64,000 bases of DNA, taken from assembly GCA_963555825.3 (NCBI GenBank), contig CAUVXB020000001.1, forward strand, positions 2,048,001 to 2,112,000, in the 5' to 3' direction. The position numbers and the translations under genes were made by a program. The DNA is from Alphaproteobacteria bacterium. GTDB lineage: Bacteria; Pseudomonadota; Alphaproteobacteria; JAAXGF01. A model generated the notes under the pieces. That model was not told the origin of the DNA, ran no database searches, and worked only from the letters and a program-made list of their open reading frames with translations. This document shows, piece by piece, positions 10,157-21,620 of this stretch. Positions within the stretch are counted from its first letter, which is position 1. Every line of letters begins with the position of its first letter.

Positions 10157-10957
10157 TCAGCGGTCTTCGGGCGTCCAGGCGCCGAGCAGTTTGGGCAGGT
10201 CGCCAAACCGGGCGATCAGGCCGAAGACGGCGACGGCGAGCAGCATGAACAGCACGGCCGTCGAGGCGATGACCGGCGAATAGCCCGAGCGCAATTGCGA
10301 GAAGATCTTGACCGGCAGCGTCGCGATCGCGAACTGGCCGAGGAAATACGAGATGATGAACTCGTTCATGCTGAGCACGAAGACGAACGAGAAGCCGGCA
10401 ATCATGTAGGGCCGGACCAACGGCAGCACGATGGTCGTAAAGATGCGCCGGTCGTCGGCGCCCATGGTGCGCGCCGCCTCGACCACCTCGACGTCGATCG
10501 ATTCGAGGCCGAGCGAGATCATCACCATCGGCAGCGTCACCAGGAACACGCTGTGTCCAAGGACGATATTCTCCCACCTGCCGATATGGCCGAGCTCGCT
10601 CCAGAAGATGAGCATGCCGAGTGCGGTGATCACCGGCGGCAGCGCGAAGGGCAGCAGGCCGATGGCGTAGAGCGCCTTGGCGTAGAACACTCGATAGCGC
10701 CACAGGAAATAGGCGATCGGCAGCGCGATCGATAGCGCGATGATGCCCGCCGACACCGCCACCGTCAGGCTGGTCCAGAGCGGCTCGGACCACTTCGCCT
10801 TCTCGAACAGCTCGGCGTACCATTTGAACGAGAAGCCGCGCGGCGGGAAGATCATGAACTTCTTCTCGTTGAACGAGACGCCGGCAACGATGAACAACGG
10901 CGCGCTCATCAGCGCGACGACCAGGCCGAAGAACAGGTTGCGGGCGTGTCGGATCAC
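10157..10957 (-). CDS. ABC transporter permease (PotC-like)
   Basis: EAARTMGA loop, 6 TM segments, operon context. Confidence 0.9.
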   Translation of the reverse strand: MIRHARNLFFGLVVALMSAPLFIVAGVSFNEKKFMIFPPRGFSFKWYAELFEKAKWSEPLWTSLTVAVSAGIIALSIALPIAYFLWRYRVFYAKALYAIGLLPFALPPVITALGMLIFWSELGHIGRWENIVLGHSVFLVTLPMVMISLGLESIDVEVVEAARTMGADDRRIFTTIVLPLVRPYMIAGFSFVFVLSMNEFIISYFLGQFAIATLPVKIFSQLRSGYSPVIASTAVLFMLLAVAVFGLIARFGDLPKLLGAWTPEDR

Positions 10958-10967
10958 GGCGCGGCCC

Positions 10968-11854
10968 CTATCGCTGCCGGCCGAGCCGGACGGTGATGCC
11001 GACCAGGATCAAGGTGACGACGAGATAGAACATGGCGAGCGCCGCGGCGAACGGCTGATTGGCGCGTCTCAGGGCCTCGTCACCGATCAGCACCGCGTAC
11101 ATCCAGTGTTCGGGCTGGCCGAGCCAGATCGGCGTCACGAAGGCGCCCATCGAGAATACGAACAGGATGATGAAAGCGGTCATAATGGTCGGCTGCAGGA
11201 TCGGGATGACGACGGTCAGGAACGTGCGCACGGGCGACGCGCCCAGCGTCTGCGCGGCTTCCGTTATCTCGCGGTCGAGGCGGCTGCAGTTGGGGTACTG
11301 GATGAGCACCGCGATCGGCAGGTTGAAGTAGGTCAGCGCCAGCAGCACCGACCAGTAGCCGCGCGACCAGGACGTCGCCTTGTCCATGAAACCCAGCCAG
11401 ACGAAGAGGTTCGAAATGCCGGCCGGCTTGGACAGCATCACCGACCAGGAATAGGCGACGATGACCTCGGACAGCGACAACACACAGACGACGAAGACCA
11501 GCACCGGCACCTGGATGCGCCGCTGGTAGCGGGTCAGGAAGAAGGTGAACGGAAACGAGATCAGCAACGCGCCGATCGCCGCGAGACCAGCGAACTTGAC
11601 CGAGACCCACAGAAGCGTGGTGAACAGCGGCGAGAAGAAACGCTTGTAGTGAGTCAGCTCGAAACCCGGCTCGTACAGCCCGGACGGGATGTTATGGAAG
11701 AAACTGATCATCACCATGATGCCGAACGGCACCGCGAAGAAGATGCCGAGCACGGCCGCGGCGTAAGCGATGGGCAGGTGACGCCGCACCTCGTGGCCGA
11801 AGGTCGGGCGATCGAGCGCCCGTTCCTGGGCGGTCTCGCGCGCCGCCTCGGCGG

Positions 11855-11858
<4 letters not shown>
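10968..11858 (-). CDS. ABC transporter permease (PotB-like)
   Basis: EAAQTLGA loop; ATG 11858 overlaps the ATPase stop. Confidence 0.9.
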
Positions 11859-12910
<1,052 letters not shown>

Positions 12911-12951
12911 CGGAACGCCGCCGTTGTCTGCTCATGAACCCCGAATGAAAT

Positions 12952-12979
12952 GGGGCGAGGGACAACGGCCCCTCGCCCC
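12952..12979. terminator. intra-operonic hairpin after the SBP gene
   Basis: 10-bp stem GGGGCGAGGG/CCCTCGCCCC. Confidence 0.5.
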
Positions 12980-12990
12980 TTTTGGCTCGC

Positions 12991-14085
12991 CTAAGTTGCC
13001 GCACCGGTGATCAGTTCCTTCCAGCGCTCGGAGATCCAGTCGCCCTCGGCGATGTACACGTCGTAGGCGGGCACGATCGGCGGAATGTCGCTCGACACCG
13101 CGGCGAACTCCTCGTCGGTCAGGTCCATCAGCTCGCGCGGGATGGTCGGCGCGGTGCCGAGGTTGCGCGTGATCTTGGCCTGAATCTCGGCTGAGCAGCA
13201 GTAATCGATGAAGACATGCGCCACGTCGCCCATCTTCGACCCGGTGACCAGGCCCCACGAGCCGAAGTCGATGACGCCGCCTTCCTTGGGGAAGGTCGAG
13301 CGCACCGGGAAGCCGTCGGCGACCATCAGGTTGGTGACGTCGTGATAGTACTGGCCGGCCGGGATCTCGCCGGTCTGCAGCGCCTGCTGGAACGAGCCCT
13401 CGTCGCGATACCAGAGCGTCACGTTCGGCTTCAGCTCGGCCGCCTTCTGCATCACCTTCTCCAGGCCATCGCGCGTGTTCAGGATGTCCTGGCCGCCGAA
13501 GAAGGTAACCGCCGTGATGTCGAGCAGGTAGTTCGAGTCGGCCTCGGCGCCCCAGCCAAGCGCGTCCTTGAACTCGGGACCCCAGGCGTCGGCCCAGGAC
13601 GTCGGTGCTTCGGGGTAAGTCTCGGTGTTGGTCACGAAGGTGGTGTACCAGGCGAGCACCGCGACCGCGTCGAGCGCGCCGTCGGGCTTGCGGTGCCGCA
13701 GATAGTCGGGAACGTTCTTGGTGTTCGGCAGCCGGCTCTCGTCGAGCGGCTGGAAGACCTGCGGCGCGCGGCGCGGCGGCTGGCCGCCGCACATCGTCAC
13801 GTCGGTCGCCGGGTTGCCCGCCTTGGCGCCGGTCTCGAGCACGGTGAACCAGCTGAAGCCGCCTTCCTGGCTGACCGATTCGAGCTCGATGCCGGTGTCC
13901 TTGGTGAAATCTGGATAGATGTACTCCGACAGCGAATCTTCGAAGTAGCCGCCGTACGAGGACACCCTCAGCGGATCGGCCGCCCAGGCGCGTGGCAGAT
14001 AGGTGCCGACCGCTAATGTGCTGGCGGTCGCCGCGGTGGCGCCGAGAAACCGACGCCGACTGGTCCGAAACTTGTTCTTCGCCAT
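12991..14085 (-). CDS. polyamine/opine-type ABC substrate-binding protein, Tat-exported
   Basis: SRRRFLG twin-arginine signal; SYGG and PKEG motifs of the PotD/PotF family. Confidence 0.88.
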   Translation of the reverse strand: MAKNKFRTSRRRFLGATAATASTLAVGTYLPRAWAADPLRVSSYGGYFEDSLSEYIYPDFTKDTGIELESVSQEGGFSWFTVLETGAKAGNPATDVTMCGGQPPRRAPQVFQPLDESRLPNTKNVPDYLRHRKPDGALDAVAVLAWYTTFVTNTETYPEAPTSWADAWGPEFKDALGWGAEADSNYLLDITAVTFFGGQDILNTRDGLEKVMQKAAELKPNVTLWYRDEGSFQQALQTGEIPAGQYYHDVTNLMVADGFPVRSTFPKEGGVIDFGSWGLVTGSKMGDVAHVFIDYCCSAEIQAKITRNLGTAPTIPRELMDLTDEEFAAVSSDIPPIVPAYDVYIAEGDWISERWKELITGAAT

Positions 14086-14373
14086 GGTAGAGCCTCCCAA
14101 CTCATGCATTCGGTCCCCTTTTTTACCCCGCCGGGCCACGAAACGCGAGTCCGCGTGCGGCGCGCCGATTGACGTTGTCGTGGCGGCCGAAGCATGATCC
14201 GAACGATCGTAATCGATCGGATCATGCCAGCCCGCGCCAACCTTATTGGGACAAGAGGGGGCCGCCGACCGTACGGCAAGCTTTGATTCCGTAAGACTGG
14301 CATGCGCGGCGATTGAGCGCGGGCCATCCTTGACGCGCGTAATGATGGCCGCACAATAACTCTACCCGCTCGC

Positions 14374-14403
14374 TTGACAGGCCGAAGAGGCGCGCGCTAT
14401 AGG
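14374..14403 (+). promoter_or_regulatory. sigma70-type promoter of the tRNA
   Basis: TTGACA at 14374 and GCTATAGG around 14396-14403, about 33 nt before the tRNA. Confidence 0.6.
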
Positions 14404-14435
14404 GGCGCACCCACCCGCCGGGCGCCGGCGGTTTC

Positions 14436-14510
14436 GGGCGCGTAGCTCAGCGGGAGAGCACCGTCTTCACACGGCGGGGGTCGCTGGTTCAATCCCAGCC
14501 GCGCCCACCA
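14436..14510 (+). tRNA. tRNA-Val(CAC)
   Basis: GGGCGCG acceptor stem, TAGCTCAG D arm, anticodon arm CCGTC-TTCACAC-GGCGG, GGTTCAATCC T loop, encoded CCA. Confidence 0.96.
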
Positions 14511-14704
14511 GTTTTTTCAAAGGCTTACGAGACTTTAAGGCGGCGCTCCTTGGTTCAAATGAACCAACGGGCGCCGGCCTCTCGCGCCCCGGCCACACTC
14601 TCGAGCCCGGAAAGAAAATCTGTGCCCGGATGGAAAAGAGGGCCGCTCGGTCAAGGGTGTGACAAAAATGTGCATGATTTAGCAAGGTTGCCAGCGTGTT
14701 CCGC

Positions 14705-14877
14705 GTGACACATCCCCACCGGGACCTATAATGACGACGCTTGATGGCGGCACGGCCCCGGTTAGAGCGGGGCCGCACCTTTGAAAGGTTGTCAAGCTGG
14801 AGCGGGGAGGGGCTTCCGCCTAATTCGTAGGAGCCACACCCGCAACTCGGGGCGCAGCCGCCGCGCCCTTCTTTTTA
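14705..14877 (+). ncRNA. candidate small RNA (~140 nt) with its own promoter and terminator
   Basis: GTGACA-16-TATAAT (14705-14732), hairpin CGGCCCCG/CGGGGCCG, terminator GGGCGC/GCGCCC+TTCTTTTT; no ORF with an RBS. Confidence 0.45.
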
Positions 14878-14958
14878 TTAACTCCTAGCGGAATGTTATT
14901 CCGGGTAACTCCCGGTGTCGACAGAATTCATTACAATTCGCAATGCTCGATTTTCACG

Positions 14959-15174
14959 CTATTCAGAGAACACGCCGTCGCGTAACCAACCGTGCCAACC
15001 GCAAGCCGGCGTGTCGTGATCGATCGACGGCGTTAGCGTCCGCGCCGCGAGCGGGCCAGTGAGCGCCCAACTCGGCGAGCCGTCGGGCTTGATGCCGTCG
15101 AGACCGATCGCCAAGGCCGCCGCCTCGCCGCACCCTGGACATTTTAGCGCGAATTACCCCGCGTAACGACACAT
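14959..15174 (-). pseudogene. DUF6527-like (phage-associated, Cys/His) gene remnant
   Basis: MCRYAG*FALKCPGCGE...SWALTGPLAARTLTPSIDHDTPACGWHGWLRDGVFSE*; in-frame TAA at 15154-15156. Confidence 0.5.
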
Positions 15175-15592
15175 CTTGCTTTCTCTGAGCCTGACCATCC
15201 GAACCAGGATGTCGCCGAGCAGCAATCGATTCGACGCGTTATCGGGCGTTGTGTTGGAATCAGTTTCGGCGCTGAACCGAATAGCATTTGAATTATATTG
15301 TGCTTACCTTGGCGTATCACAATAATATACTGTATAGTGAATACAAGATAATATGCCCGTATGCCATTTCACCTGAAATCGATCTTGGCCAACGGGATTA
15401 TCTACAACATACGCACCTGATGGCTGAACGCCTGTTCCAGACACGGTTAACCTCGGGAATATCTCGAGGACGTGGCCCGACCGTAAGGCGAACTCATCAG
15501 TCTCATCGGCAGCTCCTACGCCAGCACAATGTTCCCGCCTTTCCTCGTAGCAATCCTTGTATCGCACCCGGTTCCTTGGACACAAGTTTGTC

Positions 15593-16504
15593 TCATGCGG
15601 CGGGCCTGAGTGACATCGCGGTGTGCCACGCCTGACGAGCTTGAGCGGGGCTCAGGTAGCCGTTCTTCTCCACGATCCACTGGGCATTGTACTGTTCGAC
15701 GAACCCGCGGACGGCGTTCCGCAGCTCCGCGATGTTGCGGTAGATGCGGCCATGGATGATCTGTTCCTTGAGCGTGCGATTGAACCTCTCGGCGACGCCG
15801 TTGGTCTGGGGCTGTTCGACGAAGGCGTAGGACGGCTGGATGCCCCAGAACTTGATCTGGTTGGTGAAGTGGTCCGACAGATACTGGGAGCCGTGATCCA
15901 TCCGCAAGGCCAGCCCCCGCGCCGCACCGGCGGAGGTCGAGGCATACAGCCTCGCAAGCCCCATGGAGATCGGCTGAAGGGCGGCGAAGCGGTCGCCTCG
16001 CTTGCACACATGCCAGCCGACGCACTCGGCGTTCCAATGCTCGATGGCGGTGAATATCCAGCCCCAGCCGTCGTCCACCGTGAACACCCGAACGCCGTCC
16101 GTGCCCCACATGAGGTTGGGGGCATGGGTGATGATCTCACCGACATGGGGATTTCCGCCACGGCGGCGGCAGCGATGGGGCGAGAGCAGGTTGTTCTCGC
16201 GCATCACCCGGAGCCCCCGCTTGCGGGAAACACGGATGCCACGACAGACCCGAAGCCGAGCCCAGACCTTGCGGTGTCCCTCGCCCTCCCAGGGGGATGC
16301 CTCCAGGTCGGCCTCGATGGCCACCAGCAGAGCCTCGTCCGAGATCGAGGGCTTCGGTCCCCGGCGCTTTGCTGGTGGGCGCTCAGCGGTGGCCTGCTGC
16401 CGGGATTTCATGGCGTAGAACGAGGAACGGGCAAAACCCCAGGCCGCACAGACCCGCTGGAGGCCGTAGGCCAAACCCGTGCCGGGAGAGGTGGCGGCAC
16501 TCAT
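15593..16504 (-). CDS. IS3-family transposase OrfB (DDE/rve)
   Basis: WGTDG, RMDHGSQY, PQTNGVAERFNRTLKE. Confidence 0.92.
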   Translation of the reverse strand: MSAATSPGTGLAYGLQRVCAAWGFARSSFYAMKSRQQATAERPPAKRRGPKPSISDEALLVAIEADLEASPWEGEGHRKVWARLRVCRGIRVSRKRGLRVMRENNLLSPHRCRRRGGNPHVGEIITHAPNLMWGTDGVRVFTVDDGWGWIFTAIEHWNAECVGWHVCKRGDRFAALQPISMGLARLYASTSAGAARGLALRMDHGSQYLSDHFTNQIKFWGIQPSYAFVEQPQTNGVAERFNRTLKEQIIHGRIYRNIAELRNAVRGFVEQYNAQWIVEKNGYLSPAQARQAWHTAMSLRPAA

Positions 16505-16932
16505 CGCCGCGACCTCCGCCGCCCCAAAGGGCCGGACGTCTCCGTCTTGGCCTCCAGCAGTTCCACCTGCATGATCAACTCCCCGATCCGCTTCATGGCG
16601 ATGTCCAGTTCCGCCTTCACCGGATCGCCCTTGCGTTCCTTGAGCGAGGCATCGATCCCGGCGATCGCCTTCTCACGCCACTGCTCGAGCCGGAAAATCT
16701 CCACGCCCAACTGCCGCGACAAAAGTTCCACCGGCTCGCCACGCAAAAGCCGCAGGGCAACCTCACGCTTGCGCGTCACCGTCCACCGCTGGCCAAGTCC
16801 CAGCGGGCCTGCCGGCGAAACCTGGCCCGGGGAAAACGTGGACGAGCCAAGCTCGCCCTCGTTTACCACAGGCCCATCAACAGCAACTTTGTTCTCAAAA
16901 TTGTCGGTCATGTTCCGGTCCTCCTTGGACAC
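16501..16932 (-). CDS. IS3-family OrfA (HTH)
   Basis: RWTVTRKREVALRLLRGE HTH; ATGA overlap with orfB. Confidence 0.85.
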   Translation of the reverse strand: MSKEDRNMTDNFENKVAVDGPVVNEGELGSSTFSPGQVSPAGPLGLGQRWTVTRKREVALRLLRGEPVELLSRQLGVEIFRLEQWREKAIAGIDASLKERKGDPVKAELDIAMKRIGELIMQVELLEAKTETSGPLGRRRSRR

Positions 16933-16977
16933 TTCGATTAAGCCAATTCTGTGTCCAAGGAAATCGGGTCCGACTCA

Positions 16978-17429
16978 ATCAAGACAACGGTAACCAAAGT
17001 TTTCGCAAAAATGCTTAAGTGAAGTCCTGAATTTCCCACAAATTCAAACGTGCTGGACAGCACATTGATTGATACGGGTCTCGCAATGCAACAAACTATT
17101 AATAGTGGATAGGTTAATCCAGCAATAGACAAGAATATTAAAATCATATCTTTCTCGTAGTCCTTGCCGATGTTGAATATTAGATACCATAATACCATAT
17201 CCAATATAACAGAGATTTCTACTGGAATACAATAAACCGCAATTTTCTTCAACGAAATAGTCTGAGGAAAATCCAATATTAGCCCGCATAACACAGCCAG
17301 TATGATTACGACCAAGATCTTGTTTTCATCAAGTGCATAGGCGACGAGCCACGCAAAAGTAAACGCCATCATACAGCAGAAGGCGACTTGCGCGCGCAAG
17401 GATGGCGTTTGTGTTTCGGTAGTCGGCAC
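16978..17429 (-). pseudogene. AT-rich membrane-protein gene truncated by the IS
   Basis: Hydrophobic low-GC ORF whose last 12 codons run into the IS end. Confidence 0.55.
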
Positions 17430-17761
17430 GAAGAACCCTCCCGGATGTCAAAAGGTAGTTCTTTCCGAGTGCTTACGCTCTCATCGCACTAGGTTTCTTC
17501 CGACGTCTCAGTCCATATTTGATCCGACATTCCCGGATAACCGCTTTTCCGACTTGTCACGATAGCACAAAGGGCGCTCAGCGAGGAGTATTCCATTATA
17601 CGGGGTCAGCAAAATTACAATCTATCAGGAGAATCCGGGTTTAAGAAAATATGGGTCGGCGGGTCGTCTGGATAACGGTTCGCGCCGGGTCCGGCGGCCG
17701 TGAATTCCTCGACGGTCGCGCAAAATACCGCCTTCACGCGACCGCCTCGCGCACGCCCTCC

Positions 17762-18724
17762 TCAGCCCGCGTCCTCGTCCGCCCGCGCTTGCGCCGCCGC
17801 CCGGTCGCGTTGGTGGGCGCGCCAGCTTTGCGCCTCGATGAAGACGCGGGTGACTTCGGGGTGGGCCTGCTTGACGCGTTGCTCGATCGACGAGATGGTG
17901 TCCTCGACGTCGCCGGCGGTGAGCGTGTCGGTGAAATCGAGGCTCAGCGTCAGCAGCACGTCGGTCGGCCCGATGTGCAGCGTCAACAGCTCGTTAATGC
18001 GCCGGATGCCGGCGGTTTCCGAGACGATCTCGTTGACGCCGCGGACGATGTGCGGGCTGGCCGCCTCGCCGATGAGAAGGCCCTTGCATTCGTAAGCCAG
18101 GATGGCCGCCGTCAGGGCCAGGATTACGCCGATGACGATCGACGCCGCGGCATCGGCCCAGACCAGGCCGAACTGATCGACGAGGGCGATGCCGATCAAC
18201 GCGACGAGCAGGCCGAGCATCGCCGCCGAATCCTCGAACAATACGGTGAACACCGTCGGATCCTTGCTCTCGCGGACCGCCTCGAGATAGCCGCGGTCGC
18301 CCTTGGTGGCCCGGAACTCCTTGAACGCCACCGACCACGAGACGCCCTCGAACACGATCGCGAAGCCGAGCACGATGTAGTTGATGTAGGCGTCCGTCAT
18401 CGGGTGCGGGTGCGCGAGCTTGTCGAAGCCCTCATAGAGCGACAGACCCGCGCCGACGGCGAAGACCAGCAGCGCCACGACGAAGGCCCAGAAATAGACC
18501 TCGGCGCCGTAACCGAACGGGTGCGTCGCGTCGGCTGGCCGGCTCGCGCGGCGCAGGCCCAACAGCAGCAGGAACTGGTTGCCGGTGTCGACCAGCGAGT
18601 GGATCGCCTCGCTCAGCATCGCCGAGGAGCCGGTGTAGGCCGACGCGCCGAACTTGGTCGCCGCGATCAGCCCGTTGCCGGCCAGTGCGGCGTAGATCAC
18701 CTTCTTCGACGACTGCGACGCCAT
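17762..18724 (-). CDS. cation diffusion facilitator family transporter
   Basis: SEAIHSLVD, HPFGYG, FEDSAA motifs; C-terminal dimerisation domain. Confidence 0.92.
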   Translation of the reverse strand: MASQSSKKVIYAALAGNGLIAATKFGASAYTGSSAMLSEAIHSLVDTGNQFLLLLGLRRASRPADATHPFGYGAEVYFWAFVVALLVFAVGAGLSLYEGFDKLAHPHPMTDAYINYIVLGFAIVFEGVSWSVAFKEFRATKGDRGYLEAVRESKDPTVFTVLFEDSAAMLGLLVALIGIALVDQFGLVWADAAASIVIGVILALTAAILAYECKGLLIGEAASPHIVRGVNEIVSETAGIRRINELLTLHIGPTDVLLTLSLDFTDTLTAGDVEDTISSIEQRVKQAHPEVTRVFIEAQSWRAHQRDRAAAQARADEDAG

Positions 18725-18927
18725 GACGCCCCCACACCCAGATCAGAGCGCCCGAGTATACGATGGATCGGCGCCGTGCGGACAACCCGCGTCGGCGGCG
18801 ATTTGAGCATCGTGCGCTCAATCGCCGCGCTCGCTCTCGCCGAACGGTCGGCGGCCCTCCTCTTATTGGAATCGAGACTGACGCAAGCTGGCATCATCCG
18901 ACCGATCGGCATCGATCGGATCATGCT

Positions 18928-19624
18928 CTACGGAATCTGGTAGAGGATCTCCGAGCCGTCACGCGCGATCAGCCGCAGGCGCACCAGCATGCCGTCGGCG
19001 CCGTACCACAGCTCGCGCTCGACATCGCCCGAAACGATGTAGCGGGTCGCGCGCACCGGACGTCCGGCGACAGACACGGTCTCCGGGCCGGCCCAGTGGA
19101 CCACGACCTCGAGGCGGTCGCCGTCCTCGACACCGAGCAACGTGGCGTTGTCGACGAGATCGCGATGCCACAGGCTCGAGGGCGCGATCGACGGCGGGCG
19201 GCGCCGTCCAACGCCCGCCGTCGGCGGTGACCTCGATCACGCCGGCCTCGGCGAACGCGCGTACGGCGTGACGCTCGCCGTCGTCGTCGGTCGTCGAGTC
19301 GAACGACACCAACCGGCCGGCGCGCCACACCTCGCGCGCGTCGAGCGCATAGCGATAGAGCGTAATGAATCCGAAGGCGACCTCGATACGAACGGCAGTC
19401 GAGACGGTCACGCGATCGCCCTCGGTGCGGACCGTTACGGTATAGCTGCCGATCGGCGCGCCGTCGCGCGTGACGCGGTATTCGACGGCATGGCCGTCGG
19501 GCAGCCGCACGCTTAACGGCGCCGCCCGCGACACCGACGCCACCGTCATGCCGGCGGCGAGCAGCACGGTCCCGAGGATAGCGGGCCATCGCCGAAAACG
19601 ATCGCTCCGTCTCAATCGATTCAT
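18928..19624 (-). pseudogene. DUF6134-like secreted protein, frameshifted
   Basis: Signal peptide and YRVTRDGAPIG...YRY...EVW; frame shifts near 19195 and continues IAPSSLWHRDLVDN...ELWYGADGMLV. Confidence 0.65.
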
Positions 19625-19785
19625 AGTCGTTTGCCGCGTTGTTCGTGATTGCGCACTCAGACTGAGCGAGATAATTCCTGCCCGCGGAATGTCAAGGACC
19701 GCGCGGCGCGGACGGCCCCGTGGCCGGGCCTCTCGATCGACGCTATTGTTGAAGGCCTAGCCCGGCAATCGGTGAGGATCTCCTC

Positions 19786-19922
19786 ATGACCGACAGCTTG
19801 CCCGTCGTCGCATCCACCCGCCAAGCACCGTGTGCGCCGCCACGGTGAGGGCGGCCGCGACCGTCGGCGATCGCTCCATGTCTGACACCGATTGGGCCGC
19901 CATCAAGGCGATCTGCGACTGA
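19786..19922 (+). pseudogene. internally deleted gene remnant, possibly aldo/keto reductase
   Basis: GAGG RBS + MTDSLPV start joined to ...VRAAATVGDRSMSDTDWAAIKAICD*, which resembles AKR tails. Confidence 0.3.
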
Positions 19923-20037
19923 GGCGCGATTGGTCCGAACCACGCGGCACGAACCTGCCCGAATTCCGATCCAATGATACTTTCCAGTATGCCAAAGTCC
20001 TTGTCTTCAAGGATTTCATCATATTTATTGAACGTTC

Positions 20038-21620
20038 GTAACTGCCCAGGTAGGTCTGGGCCTATCAAGCATCGCGGAGACGAGCGATCAGGGTTTCGGG
20101 ATTTTCCATGAGCGCGGGAATGATGTTCCAGCCCTGTTTTTTGGCGGTCGAGATGAAGCCGCGGATGGTCGCGAAGTCGTTCGCCCCTTGTTCGGATCGG
20201 AAGCCGCCGGAGATTTTCTGCTTGAGCTTCGCCATGCGCACGTCCTGCTCGGCCTGATTGTTGGTGAAGGGCACGGCGAGGTTGGCGAGGAAGCGTAGCG
20301 CGTCTTCCTTGCGCGCCTGAAGACGTAGGAGAAGGTTGTGGCCGGTACGGCGCGGCTTGCGTCCACGGCGCTTGGCCTGGCCCTCGGCCGGTGCGGGGCC
20401 GAGCGGGGGCTGGGCCTCGTGAAAGCGGATGCCCTCGGCCGTGATGGCGTCCCACCATCGTCGGAAGCCTTCGACGAGGCTCGGTTGCAGCGCCACGCCC
20501 CGCTCCCGGGCGAGGTTTGCCGCGTGGCAGGCACGGCGGAGCAGCCTTTGCATCTTGCGCGCCCAGCCTTCCTTCTCGATCTCGATCAGGGCTTGCAACT
20601 CTCGAAGGTGATGGGCGTTGCACAGCGCATGGTCCACGCCTTGCATCGTGAAGTACGGCTTCCAGTGGTCGTGCACGACGATGCCGGCGACGCCATCGAG
20701 CAGGCTGCCGCGCCCGGCCGAGACCCGGTAGAAGGTCAGCCCGGCACTCGAGGCGACGTGCAGCCATTGGGTCCGCCCGCCGACCCGCAAGCCGGTCTCG
20801 TCCATGTGCTTGACCGGCGCCGATTTCACCAAGTCGCGGATCACCTCGACGACGCCTTCGAAGCGCCGGGCGCGGCTTCGGCCCATCCGCGCGACGGTCG
20901 CCGGAACCAGGGCGACGGCGAACAGATCCGCCATCAACTCGGCCAGACGATCTTCGGGCAAGAGCTGGTAGTGCGACAGGTAGACCACCATGGCCCCGAT
21001 CCGCGCGCCATACCGCACCGGGCCGGTGACGCCAGCGGGAAAGGCGGCCCTGGTTTGCCTGCCACATAGCCCGCAACGGCAACGATGCGCCCGATGCTCC
21101 ATGACCACCAGGGGCCGGGGCTCGGGCAGATCGAAAACCTGGCGGGCGCCATGGCCGGTGGACATCTCCGGCGTCAATCCCGAACCACAGTTCGGGCAGG
21201 TCTCGGGATAATGATCGGTAATCGCGTCGGGTTCGGCGACTTGGCGCAGGGTCTCGCCCTCGTGGCCCTTCTGCCCGCCCGGCTTGCGGCCCGACTTCTC
21301 GCGCAGGCTCCCGGTGCGCCGCCGCTTCTGCTTCCCCGCCGGCGGCTTGCTCAGTCCATCGCTGGACGGCGGCTTGCCGCTGTTGGTGCTGTTCAGGCCG
21401 AGCCGGCGCTCGAGTTCGTCGAGCCGTGCCGCCAGAGACAGCACCAAATCGATCAGTTCGTCTTTCGACAAGAGGGCAAGGGCTTCACGATTCATTGGAT
21501 TCTTGAATCGCATCACCCCCTGCTTGTCAATCAAAACCTAGGCATTCAGTCCATCAAACCTACAAAATCTGCCCGTCCGTCCTATCCAGCCGCTCGGCCA
21601 TCGGCTACCTGGGCAGTTAC
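20038..21620 (-). mobile_element. IS66-family element (single-ORF, ISBst12-like), 1583 bp
   Basis: IRs GTAACTGCCCAGGTAG / CTACCTGGGCAGTTAC; 8-bp TSD GAACGTTC at 20030-20037 and 21621-21628. Confidence 0.95.
20065..21534 (-). CDS. IS66-family transposase
   Basis: NSTNSGKPPSSD, zinc ribbon CPNCG, HMDETG, CNAHHLREL, FTNNQAEQDVR. Confidence 0.95.
   Translation of the reverse strand: MIDKQGVMRFKNPMNREALALLSKDELIDLVLSLAARLDELERRLGLNSTNSGKPPSSDGLSKPPAGKQKRRRTGSLREKSGRKPGGQKGHEGETLRQVAEPDAITDHYPETCPNCGSGLTPEMSTGHGARQVFDLPEPRPLVVMEHRAHRCRCGLCGRQTRAAFPAGVTGPVRYGARIGAMVVYLSHYQLLPEDRLAELMADLFAVALVPATVARMGRSRARRFEGVVEVIRDLVKSAPVKHMDETGLRVGGRTQWLHVASSAGLTFYRVSAGRGSLLDGVAGIVVHDHWKPYFTMQGVDHALCNAHHLRELQALIEIEKEGWARKMQRLLRRACHAANLARERGVALQPSLVEGFRRWWDAITAEGIRFHEAQPPLGPAPAEGQAKRRGRKPRRTGHNLLLRLQARKEDALRFLANLAVPFTNNQAEQDVRMAKLKQKISGGFRSEQGANDFATIRGFISTAKKQGWNIIPALMENPETLIARLRDA

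Larger units (their letters stand above)
15558..16977 (-). mobile_element. IS3-family insertion sequence (1420 bp)
   Basis: TG...CA ends with imperfect IRs TGTATCGCACCCGGTTCCTTGGACAC / TGAGTCGGACCCGATTTCCTTGGACAC; orfA+orfB; no target duplication visible. Confidence 0.85.

Noticed and set aside
14511-17760. attR copy of the tRNA-Val 3' end or an intact prophage
   Set aside because: No duplicate of the tRNA end and no integrase or structural genes found by eye.
19940-20037. AT-rich frame TFNKYDEILEDKDFGILESIIG as a gene interrupted by IS66
   Set aside because: Removing the IS leaves an in-frame TGA just upstream; too short to assign.
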